In this document: piece after piece, positions 9,909-18,599 of the stretch | Layout: every line of letters starts with the position of its first letter | How positions within the stretch are numbered: the stretch's first letter is position 1 | Source of the DNA: Deltaproteobacteria bacterium | GTDB taxonomy: Bacteria; Desulfobacterota; Binatia; Binatales; Binataceae | Reading direction: 5' to 3' | Length of the DNA: 64,000 bases | Assembly: GCA_021817345.1 (NCBI GenBank) | Contig: JAKAVC010000025.1 | Location: 4,454 to 68,453, forward strand | Made by a program: the position numbers and the translations under genes | The notes under the pieces: model-generated | The model's input: only the letters and a program-made list of their open reading frames with translations | Database searches by the model: none | Told to the model about the DNA's origin: nothing

Positions 9909-10967
9909 CTAGGGAACCACGGCGCACTTGAGCGCTTCGCCGCGTTCGAGCATCGAGAACACTTCGCCAAGTTCGGCCAGCGGCCGGCGGGCGTTGACTA
10001 TCGCGCCGGCTCCGATTTTGCCCTCGCCGAGCATCTCGAAAGCGCGCTTTACGTCGCGCGGCCGGAAATGAAACGGCGCAAGCAACGTCAGGTTGTCGTA
10101 ATGCATCCGGCGCGTATCGACTTTAAGCGTGGTATCGGCGGGGCATCCGCCAAAGAACACGACTCGCCCGCCGCGGCGCACGCGCCTGAGCGCGTCCTGC
10201 CATCCGTCGAGCTGTCCGGTGCACTCGATCACGAGATCGGGGCCGAAGCCCGCGTTGAGCGAGGCGACCGCGCCTTCCGAGTCGTTGCGGCTGACGTCGA
10301 TCACGCGGTCGGCGCCGAGTTCGCCCGCCCACTCAAGCCGTTTTGCCCCGCGCCCGGCGATCGCCACTTCGCGCACGCCGCGCGCCCGGAGCGCGAGCAT
10401 GTGCAGGAGCCCGAACGGGCCCGCGCCGACGATAAGAACCGACTCGAACGGCTCGGGCCGCGCCATCTCTTGCGCGTGCACGACGCACGCGAGCGGTTCG
10501 AGCAGCGCGGCCTCCTCGAAGCCGAGATGCTCGGGCTTGATAAAGGCGTTGCGTGCGACCACGTGCGCGGGAACCAGCAGATAATCCGCGTACGCGCCCA
10601 TCAGCATCCGTTCCATCGTCTGCGCGCACAGGTTTTCCTGCCCGCGCTGGCAATAGAAGCAGATTCCGCACGGCGCCGTCGGCGCGGCCATCATCGCGTC
10701 GCCCGGTTTGAAGCCGCGCACGCCTTCGCCCACCTCGACCACCACGCCGGCGAATTCGTGTCCGAACGGAGTCGGCAGTTTCCACACCGGATGGCCGCGG
10801 CGATAGGTCTTCAGATCGGTTCCGCAGCTCAGCGCGCACGCGACGCGCACCAGCACTTCGCCGCGCGCCGGACGGGGCGGCCTGAAGTCGCGGAGTTCGA
10901 GATGCCCCGGCGCAACCAGCACCGCCTGGCGGGCGGATAAGGGCGCGGTTGTTGCGAAGTTGGTCAA
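9909..10967 (-). CDS. zinc-binding medium-chain alcohol dehydrogenase (threonine/sorbitol-DH-like)
   Basis: CGTD...GHEFAGVVVEVG catalytic Zn motif, CGICFYCQRGQENLC structural Zn site, and a GAGPFGLL Rossmann motif. 4-nt overlap with ispA. Confidence 0.7.
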   Translation of the reverse strand: MTNFATTAPLSARQAVLVAPGHLELRDFRPPRPARGEVLVRVACALSCGTDLKTYRRGHPVWKLPTPFGHEFAGVVVEVGEGVRGFKPGDAMMAAPTAPCGICFYCQRGQENLCAQTMERMLMGAYADYLLVPAHVVARNAFIKPEHLGFEEAALLEPLACVVHAQEMARPEPFESVLIVGAGPFGLLHMLALRARGVREVAIAGRGAKRLEWAGELGADRVIDVSRNDSEGAVASLNAGFGPDLVIECTGQLDGWQDALRRVRRGGRVVFFGGCPADTTLKVDTRRMHYDNLTLLAPFHFRPRDVKRAFEMLGEGKIGAGAIVNARRPLAELGEVFSMLERGEALKCAVVP

Positions 10968-11848
10968 AGCTTTCGCTCCACCACGAACACGGCAAGCGCG
11001 CGAAGCGGCTCGGCACGCCCGTCAAAATTCGAAAGCGCGGCAATCGCGCGGTTGGAAAGCTCACGGGCGAAATCGCGCGAGCGCTCAAGCCCGAGCAGTC
11101 CTGGATAGGTGTTCTTGCCGTGCGCCTGATCCTTGCCCGTGCGCTTGCCCATCTGCTCGGTCGAGGCTTCCACATCGAGGATGTCGTCGACCACCTGGAA
11201 GCAGAGCCCGAGCGCCTTGGCGTACACCGAGAGCGACTCCATCTCGGCCGCAGTCGCGCCGCCAAGACGCGCCCCTCCGCGCACGGAGGCGAGAAACAAC
11301 GCGCCGGTCTTGCGCCCATGCAGATATTCCAGCTCCGCGAGTTCCATCGCGCGCCCTTCGCCGAGCAGATCGATAACCTGCCCCGCGACCATCCCGCGCG
11401 AGCCCGCGGCCTCCGACAATTCCGCAATCGTTTGCGCAACGAGCGCCGGCGCCACAAGCGGCGAACGCGCCAGCACGCCAAACGCATCGGTCAAAAGCGC
11501 GTCGCCCGCCAGCGTCGCGAGCGCCTCGCCGTAGACCTTGTGATTGGTCGGCCGGCCGCGGCGCAGGTCGTCGTCGTCCATGCAGGGAAGATCGTCATGG
11601 ATGAGCGAGTAGGTGTGAATCATCTCGACCGCGCAGGCAAACGACGCGGCGTCGTCAATCGCGCCGCCAACCGCCTCGCACGCGGCTAAGGCAAGGATAG
11701 GGCGCAGGCGCTTTCCGCCGTCGAGCAGGCTGTAGCGCATCGCCTCGTTAAGCCGCGCCGACGGGCCTTCGGACCCGGGCACCGCCGCGTCGAGCAGGCG
11801 CTCGACGAGCGAGGCCCGTTCCTTCAGATAACGGTCAAGTTCAAACAC
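10964..11848 (-). CDS. ispA: polyprenyl (farnesyl) diphosphate synthase
   Basis: FARM motif LIHDDLPCMDDDDLRRG and SARM motif FQVVDDILD; 294 aa. Confidence 0.75.
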   Translation of the reverse strand: MFELDRYLKERASLVERLLDAAVPGSEGPSARLNEAMRYSLLDGGKRLRPILALAACEAVGGAIDDAASFACAVEMIHTYSLIHDDLPCMDDDDLRRGRPTNHKVYGEALATLAGDALLTDAFGVLARSPLVAPALVAQTIAELSEAAGSRGMVAGQVIDLLGEGRAMELAELEYLHGRKTGALFLASVRGGARLGGATAAEMESLSVYAKALGLCFQVVDDILDVEASTEQMGKRTGKDQAHGKNTYPGLLGLERSRDFARELSNRAIAALSNFDGRAEPLRALAVFVVERKL

Positions 11849-11964
11849 GTTGGACCCTCTCGGCCACGCATCCGAAGCCGGATGCGCCGACGGCCCCGTC
11901 GGACGGGACGCGGATTGCCTGGTTTGCGGACGCGGGCATCCGACAGGACTTCAAGGCCATAAGC

Positions 11965-12969
11965 TCAGGCCATGTAGTGGCGCACCATCCGCCAGGAATC
12001 CTTGATGTTCTTGCCGAACTCGAGAGCGGCCGTTCCCTCGAACCCTGAATGCAGCTTGCAATCGCGGCATCGGAAGTCCTGCTTGGTGCGATAGAACTCC
12101 CAATCGGTCGCCTCGTGAAGCTGCTTGAACGTCTTGTAATGGCCGTTGGTGATGAGATAGCAGGGCCCCTTCCATCCCTGTGGATTACGCGTGACCGTGG
12201 TCCACGGGCTGCACGAGAGATCGCGGTCGCCGGTCAGGTAATCGAGGTAGATGGGCGTGTTGATGATCTTGTAGTGGTCGGCGAGCTCGCGCACCCGGCG
12301 GAACTTGAACGGCATCTCGTCGCTCTTCAGGTAGATGTCGTCGTTGGTCAGCACCTGGTAGTGATAACCGGGCGTGAGCAGCATCCCGTCCACGCCGAGG
12401 CCCGCGAGCATCTTGATCAGCTCTTCGAGTTCCTCGGTGGTGGTCTCGCGGAAGACCGTGGTGTTGGTCTGGACCCGGTAGCCCTTCTCCTTGAGCATCT
12501 TGATCATCTTGACGCAGGTGTCGAAGACACCCTGCTTGTCGACCACGCGATCGTGCGTTTCGCGCATGCCGTCGAGATGGATGTTGAAGCTAAGGTACGG
12601 GCTGGGCGGCACCTGGCGGACGAAGCGTTCGAGCAGGATCGCGTTGGTGCAGATCTGCACGTGACGCTTCTGCTGCTCGATCAGCCCCCTGGTGAGCGGG
12701 ACGATATGCTTGTACATGAGCGGCTCGCCGCCGCAAATGGACACGATCGGCGCGTCGCATTCCTCGGCCGAGCCGAGCGCTTCTTCCAGCGGCATCATGT
12801 CGCGGATCGTGTCCTTGTATTCGACGATCCGCCCGCATCCGATACAGGCGAGGTTGCACGCATGAAGCGGCTCGAGCATCAGCACCAGCGGAAAATACTT
12901 CTCGCCCGCCTTGCGCTTGCGGCGCATGTACCGGCCGAGGTCCGTCATCAGTTTAAGCGGCATACGCAT
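11965..12969 (-). CDS. hpnH: adenosylhopane synthase, radical SAM (HpnH)
   Basis: CNLACIGCG radical-SAM cysteine motif near the N-terminus, about 334 aa, closely matches the HpnH family. It is the first gene of the minus-strand hpn operon. Confidence 0.8.
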   Translation of the reverse strand: MRMPLKLMTDLGRYMRRKRKAGEKYFPLVLMLEPLHACNLACIGCGRIVEYKDTIRDMMPLEEALGSAEECDAPIVSICGGEPLMYKHIVPLTRGLIEQQKRHVQICTNAILLERFVRQVPPSPYLSFNIHLDGMRETHDRVVDKQGVFDTCVKMIKMLKEKGYRVQTNTTVFRETTTEELEELIKMLAGLGVDGMLLTPGYHYQVLTNDDIYLKSDEMPFKFRRVRELADHYKIINTPIYLDYLTGDRDLSCSPWTTVTRNPQGWKGPCYLITNGHYKTFKQLHEATDWEFYRTKQDFRCRDCKLHSGFEGTAALEFGKNIKDSWRMVRHYMA

Positions 12970-13009
12970 AGGCGTTTTTAGGAACTCCCTGGCCGTGATT
13001 CGGCCCTTT

Positions 13010-13756
13010 TCAATGCTCGGCCTTGACGGCCTCCGTGGCTTCCCGTTCCGAGGCGTGAAACAGCCACTGGTCGACCATCGAGACGGCCGACTCCGGATTC
13101 ATCGTGGCCCTCGGCATAAACAGGAATTCGATCATGAGCCCGTTCAACGCCGAAAGGATGAAACCTGCGGCGTCCTCGGGCGTAAAGCCGCTCGCGCAGA
13201 CTCCGCGATGCTGAGCGCGCGAGATTAGCTCGACTAACATGTTCCGGTATCCGCTGTAGAGCCGCATGATCTGCTCGCCCAGCCCTTCGGAAAGGCGCTG
13301 CTCGCGCAGCATCTGGGCCAGGAAGAAGCGCACCGAATTGGCGTGGTCGCGCACAAAGAGCAGGTAGAACTCGACCAGCCTCAGGATCTGATGGCGCTCG
13401 TCGAGCATCCGCGATTCTTCGGCAAAGTCGATGAAATAAGGCTCCAACAGCCGGTTCAGGACCGCCAGGAAAAGTTCTTCCTTGGTTTTGAAATGCCAGA
13501 AAATCAGGGCCTTGCTGACTCGCGCCTCGCGCGCGACTTCCGACATCGAAGTCTCATGGAAGCCGCGGTTGGCGAAAAGTTGCGTCGCAGCCTTTAGAAT
13601 CTCGTCGCGCGAGTCCTGCGACTGCTGTCCGTGGCTTTCCTGCGACTGTCCCTTGAGTTGAGATCCAACCATGCTAAGGAAATGGTCCCGCGGCATTCGC
13701 CGACCCTCGGACGCGCCGCTCAGGCCTTCCGGCCTCGATCGAAGCGCCCTTCCCAT
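13010..13756 (-). CDS. TetR/AcrR-family transcriptional regulator
   Basis: HTH region FANRGFHETSMSEVAREARVSKALIFWHFKTKEELF. The true start is likely an internal Met (MPRDH or MVGSQ). Confidence 0.7.
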   Translation of the reverse strand: MGRALRSRPEGLSGASEGRRMPRDHFLSMVGSQLKGQSQESHGQQSQDSRDEILKAATQLFANRGFHETSMSEVAREARVSKALIFWHFKTKEELFLAVLNRLLEPYFIDFAEESRMLDERHQILRLVEFYLLFVRDHANSVRFFLAQMLREQRLSEGLGEQIMRLYSGYRNMLVELISRAQHRGVCASGFTPEDAAGFILSALNGLMIEFLFMPRATMNPESAVSMVDQWLFHASEREATEAVKAEH

Positions 13757-13898
13757 AAACCCGTCTAATCATTACGGGGATCGGCAAGGATGCCTAACCT
13801 ATCGGTCAAGGTTTAACTTTATTTCCATCGCGGGGAAAGTCAATAGATGACAAAATACCGCGAAGATTGGCGGGCTGGAGGCCTCCGATTCGCCGATT

Positions 13899-14912
13899 CT
13901 ACCCCGCGAGCGCGATCTCCGCGCCGGTGCGAGCCGACGATTCCCGGGCCGCCTCAATAAGCCGAAGCGCGGTCGATACTTCCCTGATGTTCCGAAGCGC
14001 GGCTGCCGAGCCCGGACCCTCCCCTATCGCCTGCTCGAATTCCGCCGCAACCCCGGCGAACCATGCCGAGTGATAGCTGTCGTCGGGCGCGTCAACGACC
14101 GAAAGATCCTCAGTCCTGCCGCCTCGCTCGGTCAGGATGAGGCGGTCGCCCTCGATCTCAAGCGCCGCGCGCTCGCCGTAAAGCGATGCCGAGGTGCGTC
14201 TGACCGGCGCGCGCCACGACATATGCGAGCGGCCAATCCGCCCGCTCGAAAACCTGACCCAAAGATCGGCGACATCCTCGACCTCGCCCTCCCTGCCGAC
14301 GCCGAGATGCGCCGATACCCCAAGCGGCGCGTCGCCGCCCATCAGCGACTGCATCAGGTACGACACGTGCCATCCGTGATCGACGAGGATTCCGCCGCCG
14401 AGCGCGCCGGCCGCGCGCCAGCTTCCCGGTCCGCCGGCGGGCTGGGTCCTCAGCCGTTCGATATTCAGCAGCGTAAGCGCGCCGAGCCTGCCCGACGCAA
14501 CAAGTTCGAGCGCGCGCCGATAACTCGGCGAATGCTTCCAGTTATGCACGCACATCAGCACGCGCGAGACGCGCGCCGCCATTTCAGCGAGCGCGGTGAA
14601 TTCACCGATACCGAGGCAGAGCGGTTTCTCGCACAGCACGTGCGCGCCGGCTTCGAGCGCCGCCCGGATAGCGGGAGCGTGAAGCGCCGGCGGGCTCGCT
14701 ATATCGATGAAGTCGGGCGACTCACCCGCTAGCATCAATTCGAGGTCGTCATAGACGCGGACGTTATTCGCAAGCCGCATCGCCAGATGACGCCGCTCGG
14801 AGAGCGGGTCGTGAACCGCGACGATGCTGACGCCGGGGCGCGAAAACCATCCTGGCAGATGGCCCCGGGCCGCAACCTCGCCGAAGCCGGAAATTACCCC
14901 GCGCAGTTTCAC
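13899..14912 (-). CDS. Gfo/Idh/MocA-family NAD(P)-dependent oxidoreductase
   Basis: N-terminal KLRGVISGFGEVAARGHLPGW Rossmann motif and an EKPL motif. The likely GTG start at 14912 overlaps the stop of the upstream LLM gene (GTGA). The ORF-track start at 14951 is also possible. Confidence 0.6.
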   Translation of the reverse strand: MKLRGVISGFGEVAARGHLPGWFSRPGVSIVAVHDPLSERRHLAMRLANNVRVYDDLELMLAGESPDFIDIASPPALHAPAIRAALEAGAHVLCEKPLCLGIGEFTALAEMAARVSRVLMCVHNWKHSPSYRRALELVASGRLGALTLLNIERLRTQPAGGPGSWRAAGALGGGILVDHGWHVSYLMQSLMGGDAPLGVSAHLGVGREGEVEDVADLWVRFSSGRIGRSHMSWRAPVRRTSASLYGERAALEIEGDRLILTERGGRTEDLSVVDAPDDSYHSAWFAGVAAEFEQAIGEGPGSAAALRNIREVSTALRLIEAARESSARTGAEIALAG

Positions 14913-15775
14913 ATCCAGGCGCGCGCGATATCCTCGAGCTCGCTCTCCCACTTGTCGGGCGCGAGACTCGGCGGAAACAGGACCAGGCGATGCGCTCCGG
15001 CGCGCTCATATTCGCGGGCGGCGGCGTGAGTGTCCTTGCCGCCCGCCGGTGCGAACACGGAGATCTCGATTTTGCCGAAATCACGGCCCGCCTCGGCGCA
15101 GAGCTTCCTCAGAGTCTGCAACTGCTCGGCAAGTTCGGCGGGCGACAGCATCAGCGGTCCCCATCCGTCGCCGATTGCAACCGTATTCTTCATTGCGCGC
15201 TCGCCGCCGGCGCCGATGCCGCCCGCTCCGATCAGGATTGGAGGATGCGGCTTCTGCGCGGGCTTCGGGTAGCTTCTGACCGGCGGGAACTTGACGAATT
15301 TGCCCTCGAAGCTGGGCTCGGGCCGGGTCCAGAGTTGCTTCATCGCGCGCACGTACTCGCGCGTCATCGGCCATCGCCGGCGAAAATCGACGCCCATTAT
15401 CTCGCTTTCGTCCTTGAGCCATCCCGCGCCGATACCGAAGATGAAGCGCCCGCCGGAATAATGATCGAGCGTGGCGACCTCCTTGGCGAGCAGGAGCGGG
15501 TTGCGTTCCGGAACCAGGCAGATTCCGGTGCCGAGCTTGATTTTGCTGGTCGCGGCGGCCGCCAGCGCGAGCGCCATGAACGGATCGGGCATGTGCGAGT
15601 AAACTTCCGGTATAACGCCGTCGCGGCTGGCCGGATAGGGCGTCACATGATGGACGGGGATTATCGGATGCTCGGGGATGAACAGCGAGTCGAAGCCAAG
15701 CTGCTCGCATTTGCGCGCAACCGGGCCGGGTTCGGCGGTGTACTCGGCGATAAACGCGAGAATTCCTATCTTCAT
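14909..15775 (-). CDS. LLM-class (luciferase-like) flavin/F420-dependent oxidoreductase
   Basis: 288 aa with a bacterial-luciferase-like pattern (GFDSLFIPEH, GTGICLVPERNPLLLAKEVATLDHYSGGRF). Confidence 0.6.
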   Translation of the reverse strand: MKIGILAFIAEYTAEPGPVARKCEQLGFDSLFIPEHPIIPVHHVTPYPASRDGVIPEVYSHMPDPFMALALAAAATSKIKLGTGICLVPERNPLLLAKEVATLDHYSGGRFIFGIGAGWLKDESEIMGVDFRRRWPMTREYVRAMKQLWTRPEPSFEGKFVKFPPVRSYPKPAQKPHPPILIGAGGIGAGGERAMKNTVAIGDGWGPLMLSPAELAEQLQTLRKLCAEAGRDFGKIEISVFAPAGGKDTHAAAREYERAGAHRLVLFPPSLAPDKWESELEDIARAWM

Positions 15776-15866
15776 GCGGCGCCTCCCGTGGCGAGGTTCA
15801 GATGGCGAGACCAGTTTTTAGCGCGAACCAGCGCCCTGCGCCATCGAGCGGCGCGCCCTCTCGCGT

Positions 15867-16373
15867 TCATCGCCAGCCGAAGAAATCCTTCGCGTAGATG
15901 AAGCGGCCGACGCCTGCGGCGCGCGCCGCCTGCTCGTCGATTTCCTGGTCACCGACCATCGTCGAGGCCGAAAGATCGACTCCATACATGGCGGCCAGTT
16001 CTTCGATCATCCCGGGCCGCGGCTTGCGGCATGCGCATCGGTCGGCGTCGTCGTGCGGGCAGACCATCCATCCGCTCAGGATTCCGCCCAGTTCTTCGTC
16101 GAGCCTCGCAAGCGCCGCCTCGACCTTCTCCATCGTGACCCGGCCGCGCTTGATGCCGGCCTGGTTGGTGACGACGAAAATCAGATGGTCGCGCATCGGG
16201 CCGAGCCTTTCGGCCACGCCGGGCAGGAGCCTGAGCACGACGTTTCCGTTCGCGTCGAGCGGAAGCTGGCGCGTCTCGTCCATCTCCACGAGCGTTCCGA
16301 CGAGGTCGCAGAAAAGGGCCTGGTTGCCGGCCGCTTCAGTCATCGCGGGCAGCCCCTTCAGGCGGCGCGCCAA
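15867..16373 (-). CDS. HAD-superfamily phosphatase, GmhB (D,D-heptose-1,7-bisphosphate phosphatase)-like
   Basis: DxD motif (FCDLVGTL), VTNQAGI, and a C-terminal GDQEIDEQAARAAGV. 16-nt overlap with the aminotransferase gene. Confidence 0.5.
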   Translation of the reverse strand: MARRLKGLPAMTEAAGNQALFCDLVGTLVEMDETRQLPLDANGNVVLRLLPGVAERLGPMRDHLIFVVTNQAGIKRGRVTMEKVEAALARLDEELGGILSGWMVCPHDDADRCACRKPRPGMIEELAAMYGVDLSASTMVGDQEIDEQAARAAGVGRFIYAKDFFGWR

Positions 16374-17728
16374 TCGACGTTGTCGCGCACGTAGGCGAAG
16401 ACTTCATCGAGGATGGCGGCGCCGGCTTCGGCCTGTTCTTCGGTGATCACCAGCGGCGGATTGATCCGCACGCGGGGAAAATAGCTCATCGTGAGCAGCC
16501 CGCGCTTGAGGGCTTCCTTGAAGATCACCTCAGTAACCTTGCGATTAAGCAGTTCGCCGGTCTTCTCGTCGCGCACTAGGTCCATCCCGATAAACAGGCC
16601 GCGTCCGCGCACGTCGCCGACGAACTCGTACTTCTCCTTGAGATCGAGCAACCTGCTGAGTAATGTCGTGCCGACCTTGCGCGAATTCTCGACCAGGTTC
16701 TCGGCGTTGATCGTTTTAATCGTCTCGGCGACCGCGACCGCCGCGAGCGGATTCCCGCCGTAACTCGACGACGACGCGCTGGGCTTGCCGAACGGCTCGG
16801 CCTTTCCGAGTTCGTCGCTGAGCAGCACGCCAGAGACCGGAAATCCCGAACCCATCCCTTTGCCGACCGTCATGATGTCGGGCTTGGCGCCGGAATGCTC
16901 GACGCCCCACCATTTCCCGGTGCGGGCGAATCCGGTGATCATCTCGTCGGCGACAAGCATCGCGCCAAGTTCCTTCGCAACCGACTTGATCGCGGGCAGC
17001 CAGTCGTCGGGCGGCACCACGTTGCCCGCGGTTCCCTGCATCGGCTCGACCAGAACCGCAGCGACCGCTCCGGCGGAGGAATTCTTTATCTGCTTGCGCG
17101 CAAATTCGACGCAGAAGAGCCCGCAGTGCGGATACTTCATCCGAAACGGGCATCGATAGCAGTCCGCGTACGGCACCTGGTAGCGTCCTCCGGGAAGCGG
17201 GCCGTAGCCCTGCTTGGATTCGTCGCCGATAAGCCCGATCACGCCGCCGGTTTTGCCGTGAAAGCCGCCCCAGAAGCTCACGACCTCGTATTTCTTGGTT
17301 ACGGAACGGGCCAGCCTGAGCGCGGCCTCAACGGCCTCGGCGCCGCCGCTATACAGATGCGCGCGGTTGAGCCCTGCGGGCGCGGCCTCGGCGAGCAGGC
17401 GCAGCGCCTCGGCGCGGCTCGCGTTGGCGAAGGTGCCGACAATAAGCCGGCGCGATTGTTTTTCGAGCGCCGCGGTGAACTCGGGATGCGCGTGGCCGAG
17501 GCTCGCGACCGCGACGCCGGCGAAAAAATCAACGTAGGTGTTGCCGTCCGCGTCGGTCAGCGTGGCGCCGTCGCCGTGGTCGAAAGCGACCTCGGCGAGT
17601 GAGGAGATTCGCTGGCGACCGGGGGCGATATAGCGCTGTTCCTGTTCGAATATCTCCCGCGACCTGGGTCCCGGGACCGGAGTTTTGATGCTTGGAAGTT
17701 TGGGTTTCGAAACTTGTGAAGTCGCCAT
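16358..17728 (-). CDS. class-III pyridoxal-phosphate aminotransferase, HpnO-like (aminobacteriohopanetriol synthase candidate)
   Basis: 456 aa with the AT-III pattern (FFAGVAVASLGHAHP, ADEMITGFARTGKWWG, TVGKGMGSGFPV with the Lys site). Located in the hpn neighbourhood. Confidence 0.6.
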   Translation of the reverse strand: MATSQVSKPKLPSIKTPVPGPRSREIFEQEQRYIAPGRQRISSLAEVAFDHGDGATLTDADGNTYVDFFAGVAVASLGHAHPEFTAALEKQSRRLIVGTFANASRAEALRLLAEAAPAGLNRAHLYSGGAEAVEAALRLARSVTKKYEVVSFWGGFHGKTGGVIGLIGDESKQGYGPLPGGRYQVPYADCYRCPFRMKYPHCGLFCVEFARKQIKNSSAGAVAAVLVEPMQGTAGNVVPPDDWLPAIKSVAKELGAMLVADEMITGFARTGKWWGVEHSGAKPDIMTVGKGMGSGFPVSGVLLSDELGKAEPFGKPSASSSSYGGNPLAAVAVAETIKTINAENLVENSRKVGTTLLSRLLDLKEKYEFVGDVRGRGLFIGMDLVRDEKTGELLNRKVTEVIFKEALKRGLLTMSYFPRVRINPPLVITEEQAEAGAAILDEVFAYVRDNVDWRAA

Positions 17729-17774
17729 CTAATGGCCCGCGAGACCGCTCCTTTCATACAAAACCGCTGCCGTC

Positions 17775-18599
17775 TCAACGCGTGCGGCGTATCAACCTCA
17801 TCGCCCGCCGCGCAATCGCGCGCGCCGCGGGCGCACGAACCTGGCTATAACTGGGCCAGTCATTAAAGTCGATAATCGCAAAACGTCCGCCACTCAAGAC
17901 CGCGTCTCCGCCCCACGCCTGCAGGCCGAGCGCCGCCGCCGCAACCGAGGCGGCCTCGGCAAGCTCGCGCGCGACGTTGGCGGCGACTTCGCCTTCCTCG
18001 CCCAGCACCGAGAAGTATTCGCCGCCGCTTACGCCATAAAACTTGACGACCCTTCCCTCGACGGCCTGCTGAACGTAAACCGTATGAACACCCCGGCGGG
18101 CGAACGCCCGGATCGTCTCGAGCAGCGGCGCCTTGCCGACCACCTTTTGCACGTCGTCGGGTCCAAGTGCGTGCAGGTCGCCGCGCTTGACGTAAACTCC
18201 GGCGTCGAGATCGAGTGGGGTCAGCGCCTTGAGATTGACCGGCTCGGCGGTGCCGAGGACGGCTCCGTCGGGCGTGGGCACACCGGCGCGCATCAGCCCA
18301 ATCCCGAGCAGGTCGCGATAGCAGTTGCGAATCGCGAGCGCCGTGTTGAGCGTCAGAACGCCGCGTGCCTCCATCTCGGCCACCCGCTTGAGCGCGGCCT
18401 CGCCCTGGCACATGACCAGCAGCAGGTCGGCGCCGACCGGGTCGGTTCCCGCGGCAAAAGTCTTCGCGTCAAGGGCCGAAGTTTCCACGCCGAGCAACGA
18501 AAGCTCGTGGAGCACGGCGTCCATGATTGCGGCATCAGCCTCGACCTTCCCTGGGGAGAACTCATGCTCGCGATAAATACCGATTGCGCGATGCGTCAT
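17775..18599 (-). CDS. ATP-grasp-like ligase (RimK/GshB-like fold), unknown substrate
   Basis: 274 aa with a pre-ATP-grasp-like N-terminus, GVPTP, a VYVQQAVEGRVVKFYGV nucleotide-binding-like segment, and a C-terminal AIIDFNDWPS (ExN-like). Remote call made by eye. Confidence 0.4.
   Translation of the reverse strand: MTHRAIGIYREHEFSPGKVEADAAIMDAVLHELSLLGVETSALDAKTFAAGTDPVGADLLLVMCQGEAALKRVAEMEARGVLTLNTALAIRNCYRDLLGIGLMRAGVPTPDGAVLGTAEPVNLKALTPLDLDAGVYVKRGDLHALGPDDVQKVVGKAPLLETIRAFARRGVHTVYVQQAVEGRVVKFYGVSGGEYFSVLGEEGEVAANVARELAEAASVAAAALGLQAWGGDAVLSGGRFAIIDFNDWPSYSQVRAPAARAIARRAMRLIRRTR

Noticed and set aside
1657-9931. Several very long opposite-strand ORFs (1657..2625, 3532..4899, 5863..6951, 6675..7955, 8219..9931)
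   Set aside because: Arg/Ala/Gly-rich, no motifs, each fully antisense to strongly supported hpn, dxr or shc genes. High-GC genomes generate such stop-free shadow frames.
10333-11487. 384-aa minus-strand ORF that is extremely Arg-rich
   Set aside because: It is an alternative frame of the ADH and ispA region with no domain signal. The ispA and ADH frames carry canonical motifs.
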